Below, piece by piece: positions 7,518 through 17,371 of a stretch of 41,666 bases of DNA (its first letter is position 1; each line of letters starts with the position of its first letter). Location of the stretch: positions 1 to 41,666 of IMG/VR virus record IMGVR_UViG_3300043177_000003, one strand, 5' to 3'. Below the pieces are notes generated by a model that did no database searches, was not told the origin of the DNA, and worked only from the letters and a program-made list of their open reading frames with translations. Origin of the DNA: a virus. Taxonomy: Duplodnaviria > Caudoviricetes. A program made the translations under genes and the position numbers.

Positions 7518-7590
7518 CATTATTGAATATATGACCTTCCTTAACAAGCCAGTATATGTGGAAATAGTAAATGGAAATAAAGAGATTTAA
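7489..7590 (+). pseudogene. SLOG/DUF2493 (YspA-related) gene remnant with in-frame internal deletion
   Basis: MRVIVAGSRNI fused directly to IEYMTFLNKPVYVEIVNGNKEI*, i.e. the family's typical N- and C-termini in 33 aa. Confidence 0.7.
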
Positions 7591-9265
7591 GAACTCATTC
7601 GCGGAGAATATTTTTAGACAGAAGTATGCAAATGGACCAAACGACACTTGGGATGCACTTGCTGAAAGAGTTGTTGAAGATGTGTGCGGAAGTAGATGGG
7701 GTACGGCACACAAACTTATGTCTGACAGTGACAGGGGACATCTTACTGAGCTTATCAAAACTCAAAAGTTTATTCCCGGAGGCCGTTATCTCTATTATGC
7801 CGGAAGGCCCGCTAAGTACTTCAATAACTGTTACCTACTACGAGCAGAAGAAGATACCAGAGAAGAGTGGGCGAATATTATGTGGAGGGCGACCTCCTGT
7901 TTAATGACTGGGGGCGGAATTGGAATCGATTATTCAAGGCTTAGAGCAAGCGGAAAAACTCTCAGCAGAACTGGAGGAATTGCTTCGGGGCCTATTCCTC
8001 TCATGTCTGCGGTCAACGAACTTGGTAGAAATGTCATGCAGGGGGGTAGTAGACGATCTGCGATATATGCATCTCTCAATTGGCACCATGAAGACATTCC
8101 TCTCTTCCTTAATGCAAAGAATTGGCACGATCAGCCAATCTACTCAGGAGGACCGTCGGGGGATGGGACCATAACTCATTGGGATGCAAAACAATGGAAC
8201 TTCAACCACAACGCTCCATTGGACATGACGAACATTTCCGTCAACTACGACAATACTTGGTTAAATACTATAAACTCGGGGAGCTCTCTTACGGAAGTCT
8301 TTCTAGAAAACTGCCGGCAGGCAATGATGACTGGAGAACCGGGATTCAGTTTCAACTTTGGAGAGAAAGAAAATGAAACGCTTAGGAATGCTTGCACAGA
8401 GGTTACTAGCGAAGACGATAGCGACGTTTGTAATCTTGGGTCAATCAATATGGGTAATATTGAAACTCTGGATGAGTTCCGAGACGTGGTATCGCTCGGA
8501 AGCAAATTCCTCGTATGCGGTACACTTCGCGCCGATCTGCCATATGAGAAAGTCTATAAGGTTAGGGAAAAGAACCGTCGCCTTGGACTCGGAATTATGG
8601 GTATCCATGAATGGCTTCTTAAACGAGGAAAAAGGTACGAAGTAGATGACGATCTCCGAGGATGGCTCGAAGTCTATAGGGATGTATCAAGATCTAGCGC
8701 AGACGAGCACTGTGATCGCCTCTTTATTAGCAGACCTGTCGCGTACCGTGCCATCGCTCCCACCGGAAGCATTGGTATTCTTGCATGTACAACTACGGGA
8801 ATTGAACCGCTCTATGCAGTTGCTTACAAACGACGTTACCTTACGGATGGAACACGTTGGCGCTACGAATACGTTGTGGATTCAACAGCGGACCACCTCA
8901 TCAAACAACACGGAATAGATCCAGACAAGATAGAGACAGCTACGGACTTAGCAGATGACTACGAAAGAAGAATCAGATTCCAAGCTGACGTACAAGATTA
9001 CGTTGATATGTCAATATCAAGTACCATCAATTTGCAACCTTGGGGAACTAAGGGAAATAATGAAGAGAGAGTTAGAGAATTTGGGGAGACTCTCAGTAAA
9101 TATGCCCCCCGTTTACGTGGATTTACGTGTTATCCAGACGGAAGTAGAGGAGGTCAACCCATAACTAAAGTAGAGTATAACGAAGCTTTAAAACATAAAG
9201 GTATCGTATACGCCGAAAATGATATCTGTGAGATCACAGGTCATGGAGGAAGTTGTGGGGTATAA
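7571..9265 (+). CDS. nrdJ: Class II (adenosylcobalamin-dependent) ribonucleotide reductase
   Basis: FIPGGR, NCY, RNACTE (thiyl Cys), VCNLGSIN, APTGSIG and a C-terminal Cys pair; no beta-subunit gene adjacent. Confidence 0.9.
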   Translation: MEIKRFKNSFAENIFRQKYANGPNDTWDALAERVVEDVCGSRWGTAHKLMSDSDRGHLTELIKTQKFIPGGRYLYYAGRPAKYFNNCYLLRAEEDTREEWANIMWRATSCLMTGGGIGIDYSRLRASGKTLSRTGGIASGPIPLMSAVNELGRNVMQGGSRRSAIYASLNWHHEDIPLFLNAKNWHDQPIYSGGPSGDGTITHWDAKQWNFNHNAPLDMTNISVNYDNTWLNTINSGSSLTEVFLENCRQAMMTGEPGFSFNFGEKENETLRNACTEVTSEDDSDVCNLGSINMGNIETLDEFRDVVSLGSKFLVCGTLRADLPYEKVYKVREKNRRLGLGIMGIHEWLLKRGKRYEVDDDLRGWLEVYRDVSRSSADEHCDRLFISRPVAYRAIAPTGSIGILACTTTGIEPLYAVAYKRRYLTDGTRWRYEYVVDSTADHLIKQHGIDPDKIETATDLADDYERRIRFQADVQDYVDMSISSTINLQPWGTKGNNEERVREFGETLSKYAPRLRGFTCYPDGSRGGQPITKVEYNEALKHKGIVYAENDICEITGHGGSCGV

Positions 9266-9285
9266 AAAAGCCCCTTGCGGGGCTT
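9264..9285 (-). terminator. Rho-independent terminator at the convergence of the two arms
   Basis: On the - strand AAGCCCC-GCAA-GGGGCTTTTTT lies between convergent stop codons. Confidence 0.85.
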
Positions 9286-9556
9286 AGAGTTGTTTGATGT
9301 GTTTTATCATTCCTATAGGTATCTGTATACGACAATTAGTGTTGTATTCATCGTTACAGATGGATGACGCCACGACTATGTGATCGTCATCATTCCAAAC
9401 AAGAAAGCCCAAGGTCAGGACTAGCTCCTCCTTGGGCTTTTTTACTTTATCCCATCCTACATCAGTAGAGGCATCATTCCAGACAACCTCTACGACAGGA
9501 TATGGGACTGGCCCACTAAGTATGGGTGTTTCGTAAGTCGTCCTGGAGTTCTCCAT
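9284..9556 (-). CDS. Phage hypothetical protein
   Basis: VEVVWNDA...TLGFL...IPIGMIK pattern; GGAG RBS; last gene of the late operon. Confidence 0.7.
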   Translation of the reverse strand: MENSRTTYETPILSGPVPYPVVEVVWNDASTDVGWDKVKKPKEELVLTLGFLVWNDDDHIVVASSICNDEYNTNCRIQIPIGMIKHIKQL

Positions 9557-9968
9557 CTATAAATCTCCGCAAATCAGTTAGCCTGTTCATCCAGCCTCTT
9601 TCAAAGACTGCTAGTTTTGGATTCTTTTCTATCAGTTCTTTGTATTTGGCTATGCGGAGTTGTATATATATGACATGACTACCTTCACAGTTTTTGAGGA
9701 ATTCGTTAGCTCGTTTATGTCCCATGTTGACCGCCGTATCCAACATACATGCTGCCAAACCAAATCCTAGTTTATTCCACTCATCTTTCCAATAGTCTTC
9801 GTAGTAGATACGAATTGCATCCTGAATAGTGATATCCCGGATATTTAGGTGGGGATAACTACGTTTGGTTATGCCGAACTTAGTCTCCCCACCAGGATCA
9901 TTCGGATGGTTTACGTAACCACCCTCCCACTTCATGATAAATGGGATTATTCTATGAAATAGACTCAT
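9516..9968 (-). CDS. Endolysin, glycoside hydrolase family 108
   Basis: EGGYVNHPNDPGGETKFGIT and FERGWMNR motifs. Confidence 0.92.
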   Translation of the reverse strand: MSLFHRIIPFIMKWEGGYVNHPNDPGGETKFGITKRSYPHLNIRDITIQDAIRIYYEDYWKDEWNKLGFGLAACMLDTAVNMGHKRANEFLKNCEGSHVIYIQLRIAKYKELIEKNPKLAVFERGWMNRLTDLRRFIDGELQDDLRNTHT

Positions 9969-12900
9969 TGTTGTAGTCGTCTAATAAGAGCTTGTACTTG
10001 GGGATAATTACCAGACTTAGCTGCTATAGCAAGTCTCTGTAGTTCAGTAGTCCTTCCTCCAACCAATCGTTTCTCTAGTTCTGATTGACTTAGGAGAGTA
10101 TCTACGTTACCACCCCATTCGATATAGTCGTTTATAGCTTCCTCTACTTTATCCACTTTGCCTAGAGCGAAGTTGTTACGGAAACGATTGGCTATGGTGC
10201 TACGTTTCTCGGATGCTTTCTTTTCGTTTCTCTGAGCTTGAAAGTCCCTCTCTCTAGTAAGTGCTTCTTGGGTGCTTTTGAATCCGGTCATCCGAATCTT
10301 TGATTCAGCAGGACTACGTTCATATACCCCTCTAGATCCGGGACTGGACGGACTCTGCGCCATGTTGTCTATCTTCATACCGGGTACGAACTCTTCGTAC
10401 AGTCCCCTTAATCCGGGGGGGGTGGCTTTATAACCACCAGCTAATTTAGCACTCTGGTCTTGATTAAAGATCATGTCTTTTAGCCCTGTTCCTGCCATGT
10501 AGGCAGCAGAGGCAAATGGGAACATTGATTGGAAGGAGCCAGCAGGATCTAACGGGTCTACAGGGATTATGTTAGATTGGTTAAATCGCGTATACAGGTT
10601 GAGACCTGTAAGAGAAGAGGTTGGACCTATAGACACTATTTCTGGGGTTTGTAATAGGAATCCCTTCACAGAGAATTCGTCTATATTACGTGGAATATCC
10701 CCACCAAAGGACTTGACTGCAGCCTTGGTGAGTTCCAATAGCGTATCTGCATCTTCGATCCCAACCATGCCAGTTGCGCCACCAAGACCATACATTATGG
10801 CAGCCATTAGAAGTAAAGGTTTAGGATCACCCCCTTTCGCTTTGTGGTAATATGATGCGATTTGGGCAAGTTGGTTGATCTTGAATGCAGTGAAAGTGTT
10901 TAATGCATGTCCTGCCAGCCCCATTTCGTTGAATAGTTGCGCCCGCTCTTGAGGTCGGTAATCAACCATGGTAAAATTGGTGGCTTCTTCCGCAAGGCGG
11001 AACATCTGTGATTGTCCCTCTAGATCTTTGGAGAATTTCCCAGATTGATCGAAGTGGGAGACGAAACTCATGAAAGCAGTAGCTCTTGCTATTTTCTCTG
11101 ATTCTACGATAGGAAGGGAGGCCAATTCAATAGTTGTCCTAGCCCCCTGTGGTAGATAAAGATCCGTTATATCCGAAGTTGGATTAATGTCAATAAGACG
11201 ATTGGCCTCAAGATAGCGGAGAGCGTCCCTATACACAGGGGGGAGAGATTCTAAAATCTTCTTGGCTCCCGCCTCGTTCCCGCTATACATATCCCGAGCA
11301 TATTTATAGGCTTCTACTCCATACAGATTCCCTTCAAAGAAGGATGCGGCCGGGTTATGGGAGTAACCTTTTTGAGTAAACTCAGCGTGTTTAGGTATGG
11401 TGAATGTCGGTTGTACTATCTGAGTAACCAAGAACGGAAGATTCCAGCTAAGGGTATGGACATAGAATCCACCTTTGCTTATTCCTAACGTAGCCTCAAG
11501 CTTCTTAACATCTGTTCCAAGAGTCTTGGCTAAGCCATTTTCTATTGCACTCCAATCTTTAGTCGTGGCTAGACCTGCATGAGCTTTTGTGTAGTAAGAG
11601 ATAAAAGCAGCCGCGTTCGGATGAGATTGCTTCCAATCCGCATCAGACATGAGTGCCCTGATCTGACCCATGGCATTTTGATACTCGGCCCAGACAAGAG
11701 CATTCTTGGCATATTGGAATTGCTGAACAAACATATCCCGTGCGTCTTTAATAGGATCCATCCAAGGACGATCTCCAGCAAAGCCACGGGCTCCAGTCTT
11801 ACGCTTGAAATGCTTCTCTTGTCCTACGATATTAGTTGTAGTATACGCAGCCTCCTCTTTCAGAGCTTCCATAATAGCCTGAGCACGAGGATCATCCTTG
11901 CCTAAGAGATCTACAAGATCGTAATAGGCAGTCTTGAATGGAGATCCAGAGGAGTCCCCCTCGGCATAACGAAGCTCGTCTACAATTAGATCATTGAGCA
12001 GATTTTTATCCTGAAGATGTTTTAAAGCCTGTTTAGCTCTACCACGGGATCTCTCAGCAATCTGCCATACTGGTTTACCTCGGGAACCATCCTTTCTTTT
12101 CTCGTATATGGCAATTTTCCATGGACCCTCCCATCTGGCAGAGAGATAGGCATCCTCTGCTTTAATTGGTTTAAGTCCCTTCTCTGCACGAGCTTGGTTC
12201 ATCTTCTCCAGAACCTTGTCGTACATTACGCGCATGTTGTCATATACGTTTATTACTTTCTCGGGTATGCCAGCACTACGCAATTCATCTGCAGAATAGC
12301 GAGTCTTGTTTGCCATCTCCCGCATAAAGATATTATGTAGCCTGAGAAGATTCTCTTTATTCCGAAGCACCGGATATGCTAATTCCTCTACAGGACGTAT
12401 CCATTCACGAATAAGATGCTGCCCACGTTTGAAGCCATCATCCAGATTTCTATGCGCCCATAGTATGACAGGATTCTTGTTTAAGGCATCCTTGAATACG
12501 GCACCAGGCACGATCTTCTTGACAGGACCCACGTCCGGAGCCGAGCGGAATTCATCCAGAAGCTCTGGAGTCAAAGGTTTAGTAGAGTCTATTAAGTCAA
12601 GTCCCTTGATCCCAACCTTCTCGAATACGGACTGTTTGGCATTAATATCGTCAGTAATCTTGACGCCATCCATGTCTTTACGTTGTTTGGTTAGATCTGT
12701 TACGAACTTCTTCGCATCTTCCTTAACCTTAAACGGATTCCAACTGCCTTTAGCACCACCTCGTTGGGATTTAGGAACTCCCATGGGGATAACAACCCTC
12801 TCAGGGAATTTGTGTATCTTTAGTCCGTTCTCGGATAAAATATGAGTATACGGAAGATCTCTCCCTAGGATTGCCTCTTCATCCCGGATACGAACCGGCA

Positions 12901-14470
12901 TTAAGTCTACGCCATTTTCAATAAAGACATCAGCCCTATGGCGGCCCTCGTGACCGACAACTTCCGCCGCAGAAGCAGCATCACCGCGCTTTGCTATGAA
13001 CAAATAAGGAATGTCATTAAGTCCCTTTTCTGACTGTATGCCTTTACGAATAGAGCGGCGTTTTTCTTCTGCCATCTCCCCGAGACGTTCTTTGGGGCGT
13101 TGATAAGCTAGATCCAGGAAATCCTGTGGTTTCATGAAAACCAGAGTTTCCTTGGAGTTCGGATTTAGAGCATGATGCTCCGCCGCGAACATTTTGGCTT
13201 CGCTAAAGGTGCCTGCAAATTTTCTCCACAAAGCAAGTTTTCCGGCTTTCTGGAGAATATCCGTAGCCTTGCCTATACCCAATAGATCTTGACTTATAGC
13301 CCCACGTTGGGATTTAGGAACAATGAATGGGTCTTTAAGACCAGTAGGAGAACCCGGAGACGCGGGCTCTTCGGGGAGTTTTACAGGAACCTCACCCATG
13401 CCCTTTACACTCTCTGCATAAGCATCCATCTCTCTGGATGGAGTTATCATGCTGGGAGTCTCTTCCGCCCGGTATCCCATTTCAATAGGGCCGGCTTTTC
13501 CAAACAATTCCCCTTGCCCAGTGCCCTCTATTCCAAGTTGTTTACCAGTTGGGTATTCGGATACGCGGCCTGACAAGTCATAGGGATTACGTACTCCAGA
13601 CGTGTCAATACCTTGCCTGATATCTAAAGGCAAATCTAGTTGATGGATTGGAGGAGGTTGGGGAGGTTCTGGTTCAGGAGTAGGTTTCTTGGCCTGATCT
13701 ATTTCTGCTAGTTTGGCGTTTTGGTCTACGACAGTTGTGGTTTCTGGAGCTTTCTTGGGACGACGGCCGGACCAACCCACCACACCACCTAAAATAGCTT
13801 CTGTAGCTCTAGCAGTCGGATCTAAAGGATTGAAGAACTGCTCAGCAACATCTTCATGTCCCTTTTGTTTAAGATATTGGCTGCTGACTACATCAGCCGC
13901 GCCGCCGGCAGCGGCATTTATTACCGCCCCCGTAAATGGACCAATACCACGTAAAGGACCTAAAGCAGCATTAGCAACAACTTGCTGTTGACCCACGGTT
14001 TGAGCCACATCTAATGGGAGTCTTTGGTTAAGTTCTTCCTGTAATCTTCCAGTCATGCCAGAAAGTGTTTGGGGAAAAACAACGGGTGCTGTTGGGCCTA
14101 CCGCACCTGGTAAAAGAGACATTACATTTTCTATGACTTGACCGGGCATAGTTTGAGGTGTTGGAGCAGCTTGTTGAGCTTGTTGTTCACCCCATTTACG
14201 CCATGAGTCAGATTCGCGGAACATTTTATCTGCGAAATCTTTTGCCCCAAGTTGGCCTGCGACACCGCCTAATAGCATACCAGGTCCAGCCATGGTTTGC
14301 CCGGCAAAACGAGCAAGGCCCCTGGCAGAAGCATCAAATGCCTCACCAGCCTGTTCTGTGAATGTTCTAGGACGTGAGTATTCTTTTTGAAGAATAGACT
14401 CAATTTCAGCATCCGGCATATCATCCGGAAACTCAATTATATCCTCATTAAATTGAATATATTTTGGCAT
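9965..14470 (-). CDS. Large internal virion (ejection) protein, 1501 aa, with internal ParB/Srx-like motif
   Basis: Largest gene, distal in the tail module; IEFPDDM N-terminus; VVGHEGRHRA motif near 12930-12960. Confidence 0.7.
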   Translation of the reverse strand: MPKYIQFNEDIIEFPDDMPDAEIESILQKEYSRPRTFTEQAGEAFDASARGLARFAGQTMAGPGMLLGGVAGQLGAKDFADKMFRESDSWRKWGEQQAQQAAPTPQTMPGQVIENVMSLLPGAVGPTAPVVFPQTLSGMTGRLQEELNQRLPLDVAQTVGQQQVVANAALGPLRGIGPFTGAVINAAAGGAADVVSSQYLKQKGHEDVAEQFFNPLDPTARATEAILGGVVGWSGRRPKKAPETTTVVDQNAKLAEIDQAKKPTPEPEPPQPPPIHQLDLPLDIRQGIDTSGVRNPYDLSGRVSEYPTGKQLGIEGTGQGELFGKAGPIEMGYRAEETPSMITPSREMDAYAESVKGMGEVPVKLPEEPASPGSPTGLKDPFIVPKSQRGAISQDLLGIGKATDILQKAGKLALWRKFAGTFSEAKMFAAEHHALNPNSKETLVFMKPQDFLDLAYQRPKERLGEMAEEKRRSIRKGIQSEKGLNDIPYLFIAKRGDAASAAEVVGHEGRHRADVFIENGVDLMPVRIRDEEAILGRDLPYTHILSENGLKIHKFPERVVIPMGVPKSQRGGAKGSWNPFKVKEDAKKFVTDLTKQRKDMDGVKITDDINAKQSVFEKVGIKGLDLIDSTKPLTPELLDEFRSAPDVGPVKKIVPGAVFKDALNKNPVILWAHRNLDDGFKRGQHLIREWIRPVEELAYPVLRNKENLLRLHNIFMREMANKTRYSADELRSAGIPEKVINVYDNMRVMYDKVLEKMNQARAEKGLKPIKAEDAYLSARWEGPWKIAIYEKRKDGSRGKPVWQIAERSRGRAKQALKHLQDKNLLNDLIVDELRYAEGDSSGSPFKTAYYDLVDLLGKDDPRAQAIMEALKEEAAYTTTNIVGQEKHFKRKTGARGFAGDRPWMDPIKDARDMFVQQFQYAKNALVWAEYQNAMGQIRALMSDADWKQSHPNAAAFISYYTKAHAGLATTKDWSAIENGLAKTLGTDVKKLEATLGISKGGFYVHTLSWNLPFLVTQIVQPTFTIPKHAEFTQKGYSHNPAASFFEGNLYGVEAYKYARDMYSGNEAGAKKILESLPPVYRDALRYLEANRLIDINPTSDITDLYLPQGARTTIELASLPIVESEKIARATAFMSFVSHFDQSGKFSKDLEGQSQMFRLAEEATNFTMVDYRPQERAQLFNEMGLAGHALNTFTAFKINQLAQIASYYHKAKGGDPKPLLLMAAIMYGLGGATGMVGIEDADTLLELTKAAVKSFGGDIPRNIDEFSVKGFLLQTPEIVSIGPTSSLTGLNLYTRFNQSNIIPVDPLDPAGSFQSMFPFASAAYMAGTGLKDMIFNQDQSAKLAGGYKATPPGLRGLYEEFVPGMKIDNMAQSPSSPGSRGVYERSPAESKIRMTGFKSTQEALTRERDFQAQRNEKKASEKRSTIANRFRNNFALGKVDKVEEAINDYIEWGGNVDTLLSQSELEKRLVGGRTTELQRLAIAAKSGNYPQVQALIRRLQQ

Positions 14471-15471
14471 TATTCAATTCTGCCAGTAGCGGGATTAAAC
14501 CTTCGTATTCTACCTGTATTTTGTTGAGTTTGTTGAGGAATCTGAGGATCTGCCGATGGAACAGGTTGAGCTTGTGGAGCAGGTCTAGTTGGAAGACCCT
14601 TTCCTATTTGAGATGGATCAAGATTTCCAGCATTACGAGCACCGGCTTTAGCGTTGTTTATTTCTACAATTTGTTGTTTGATTCTGGTTGATTCCGCGTT
14701 GTATATAGCAGCTAAACTGGAATCTCCTGCTTGAATGGCAAGGAACTCAGCCTCCATATAGTATTTAAGAGCTTCGTCAAGATTATTTCCCGATAGGGAT
14801 CTTTTGGCTTGTTCTGCTTTAGCTTTAGCTACGGCTAGAGCACGGGAAGTGCGTTCAGCCTCAATAATCATTTGACGTTGAGTGTCTAGTTCGGACTGGA
14901 GTTTCTTCTCTCGGGCTTTTAGAGAGTTCTTGAAAATGGTATCCCTAAATGCATCCCATGTCTCTTTGGATTCAGCAGCAGAGAACATATTGGCGGCATG
15001 TCCCTGCGGCATTTGAGTCTCTGTTGCAAAGCTCATCAGTTGGTCTCGAATGGAGGGATTCCATTCCATACCTAGAAGAGACTTTTCCACATAATCACGG
15101 AATTTCTGTTGAATCTCGATACGATTTTTATCTATGTCAAGTTTCTTACCTTCCGCTGCTTTAGGGACTCCAACCTCTTTATCTACATCCAAACCAAATT
15201 GTTGCCGCTGATTTTGGATATCCATTCCTTCCCCAGCACGGATCTTATTGGAGATATTAACTCCGAGATCCTGCATTACATAGGGATGTTTTTCTCTGGA
15301 CTGTTGCATCTCCATTTCCCGCATTTGGTTCTGGAGATTTGTAGATTGGAGATTTGCCTTTTCCTGTTCTTGTTGGTGACGCATAAGCTGGCCTAACAGG
15401 AACGAACCCTGTCCTGGACCAGCGATATCCATTAAATTTTGTATATTACCTTGGAAGAATGGAAGTGCCAT
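14470..15471 (-). CDS. Putative internal virion/ejection protein
   Basis: Helical and Q-rich; middle member of an ejection-gene triad. Confidence 0.6.
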   Translation of the reverse strand: MALPFFQGNIQNLMDIAGPGQGSFLLGQLMRHQQEQEKANLQSTNLQNQMREMEMQQSREKHPYVMQDLGVNISNKIRAGEGMDIQNQRQQFGLDVDKEVGVPKAAEGKKLDIDKNRIEIQQKFRDYVEKSLLGMEWNPSIRDQLMSFATETQMPQGHAANMFSAAESKETWDAFRDTIFKNSLKAREKKLQSELDTQRQMIIEAERTSRALAVAKAKAEQAKRSLSGNNLDEALKYYMEAEFLAIQAGDSSLAAIYNAESTRIKQQIVEINNAKAGARNAGNLDPSQIGKGLPTRPAPQAQPVPSADPQIPQQTQQNTGRIRRFNPATGRIE

Positions 15472-15472
15472 A

Positions 15473-16678
15473 TTAGCCCCACATATCGTCTAGCCAACTC
15501 CAGAGGTCTTTTATGCCACCTCCGATAGCCCGGATGTCATTTATGATCCCGGATACAGGGGATTGTCCACCCTGTTGTCCTGCCCCATACGTAAATGGAG
15601 TATAGAAACTATCCATCATCCTATTGCCTTGACCCATGGCCCCTAGAGCCACAGCAGAGGCATTCCTACCTAGGGAAGCACCTTGTTGGAGTTTGTCTCT
15701 GTAGTTGTTCAGACCTTGCATCATGTAATCTTGCAGGAGTTGACTACGACTGGTGTCATTACTTAAGTTCCCTGCCTTTGAATCTGTTCTCAGAAGTTGA
15801 TTTTGGGTTATACGATTCAGAGCCTGTCCTTCGGGGCCCTCCAACCATCCACTTGGGTTAGTGAACGTATTCATGAGTTGCTGCTCAAACGGAGCAGACT
15901 GACCAAAGATCTTGTCTGCCCATTCTATATATTTCTGACCAGTGGAGTTTTTATTATAAGCGTCAAATGCACGGATCAGCATATCCAAAATTCCAGGTTG
16001 CATTTGTTGCCCACCTGGTTGTCCAGATGGATTGGGGTTTATTAATTTAGATACCTGATCTAACCCAGTTCCAAGAAGAATAGATCCCAGGGACGTAGCA
16101 GGATTAAATGCTCCTGAGAAGGCCCCAGGAGCCGCCATGGACATTCCAGCTTCCCCAAGTGAAGCTAAGGGAGCACCCCCAGTAGCTGCACCCGGTAACA
16201 ATGATTGCCCTAAAAAGTTTTCTATCACAGAACCTCCTGCCGTAGACCCTGTAGTGACTGCTGTGGTCGGAGCAAATGCAGCAGACAATCCTGCGCCAAG
16301 CAGCGGCCATGCATAGCCGTAATCATTCAGGAAGTCCTTCTTCTCCCAGGTGATCGGCGTACCGGCATCTGGAATGTACTGGTCACCGGCAAGCGTATAG
16401 CCGTACTTCATGCCGGAGTTATCACCCGTCTTCTCGGAGAAGGAGAGCAGGTCACCTGTCAATGGGTCGAACTCGAACTGGTAGTTGCTGTTGCCAAGCA
16501 GGCGGGCAATGTCGCTTTTCATCGTATTGCCGAACTGCGACAACGGACCGAAGTCCTGTCCTCCCGTGTACTGGAACCCGGCAGGCGCATAGCCATATCG
16601 AGTATCACTATCGCCCATTGTGAAGCCGAAATTGCCGGCAAATGGCAAGAAGTCACTCTTGCTGAACGTGTAGGCCAT
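15473..16678 (-). CDS. Putative DNA pilot/ejection protein
   Basis: Start moved to MAYTFSK (GGGG RBS, 1 nt after the upstream stop); Gly/Ala-rich hydrophobic stretches followed by a Q/N-rich helical region. Confidence 0.6.
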   Translation of the reverse strand: MAYTFSKSDFLPFAGNFGFTMGDSDTRYGYAPAGFQYTGGQDFGPLSQFGNTMKSDIARLLGNSNYQFEFDPLTGDLLSFSEKTGDNSGMKYGYTLAGDQYIPDAGTPITWEKKDFLNDYGYAWPLLGAGLSAAFAPTTAVTTGSTAGGSVIENFLGQSLLPGAATGGAPLASLGEAGMSMAAPGAFSGAFNPATSLGSILLGTGLDQVSKLINPNPSGQPGGQQMQPGILDMLIRAFDAYNKNSTGQKYIEWADKIFGQSAPFEQQLMNTFTNPSGWLEGPEGQALNRITQNQLLRTDSKAGNLSNDTSRSQLLQDYMMQGLNNYRDKLQQGASLGRNASAVALGAMGQGNRMMDSFYTPFTYGAGQQGGQSPVSGIINDIRAIGGGIKDLWSWLDDMWG

Positions 16679-16679
16679 C

Positions 16680-16967
16680 TCAGTTCCCCCACCAACCAAG
16701 CAGGCCCTGCATGGCAGCCTGTCCGGACTGCAGACCCCTGTTCTGGCTGTTCTCGTAACCCTGCGCATAGGCAGGCGCCAGTACATTGAATACGCTCTGG
16801 TTCATGCGGTCCATCGCAAGACCTGAGATTGAATCATCCCCCTCGTTGTATTGAACATAGGGGAATTGCTTAGGATCTCCAGTAGCCTGCATCAGAGACT
16901 GTCCAGAGTTCCCTATGGAATAGGGAGTTAGATTAAAATTAGCAGTGGTGGGGAATGAGTATGCCAT
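16680..16967 (-). CDS. Hypothetical virion-module protein
   Basis: MAYSFPTT start forms a TAATG overlap with the upstream stop. Confidence 0.6.
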   Translation of the reverse strand: MAYSFPTTANFNLTPYSIGNSGQSLMQATGDPKQFPYVQYNEGDDSISGLAMDRMNQSVFNVLAPAYAQGYENSQNRGLQSGQAAMQGLLGWWGN

Positions 16968-17371
16968 TAGTCTACCCAATAGAATCCTGAGATAATGTAT
17001 ACCTTGTCTATGGCAGCACCGGATGTTGGTAGAGATATACGTCCTCTATCCGAAGTGTCAAACAAGGCATAATTTAGTACCGCTCGATCTGTTACATTAT
17101 AGATAGTAAGCGGGGGCTCGGCCATACCAGAGACAACAGCAGACACATAAAACGGGAGAGTTATGTATGGCGTAGCACTCCAAGTAGGGGATATTCCTGT
17201 ATAATCCAGTTTTATGGATACGAAGCATACCTTACCGCATAACTGGTACATCCCTACTAAGGAAGCGGGGGCAGTTACGTTAGTCAGGGTTGGGGTATAC
17301 GCAGAGTATCTAAGTCCTTTCTCAAGGATCTTGCGAGCGACTTCTGGATTACTTGGGAGTTGAATCTGCAT
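16967..17371 (-). CDS. Putative tail-associated protein
   Basis: YTPTLT...GKVCFVSIKL...ISGFY beta-sandwich pattern, directly after the nozzle gene. Confidence 0.6.
   Translation of the reverse strand: MQIQLPSNPEVARKILEKGLRYSAYTPTLTNVTAPASLVGMYQLCGKVCFVSIKLDYTGISPTWSATPYITLPFYVSAVVSGMAEPPLTIYNVTDRAVLNYALFDTSDRGRISLPTSGAAIDKVYIISGFYWVD

Noticed and set aside
16679-16786. Track's extended N-terminus for ORF 15473..16786
   Set aside because: It overlaps the upstream gene; MAYTF at 16678 has an RBS and abuts the upstream stop.
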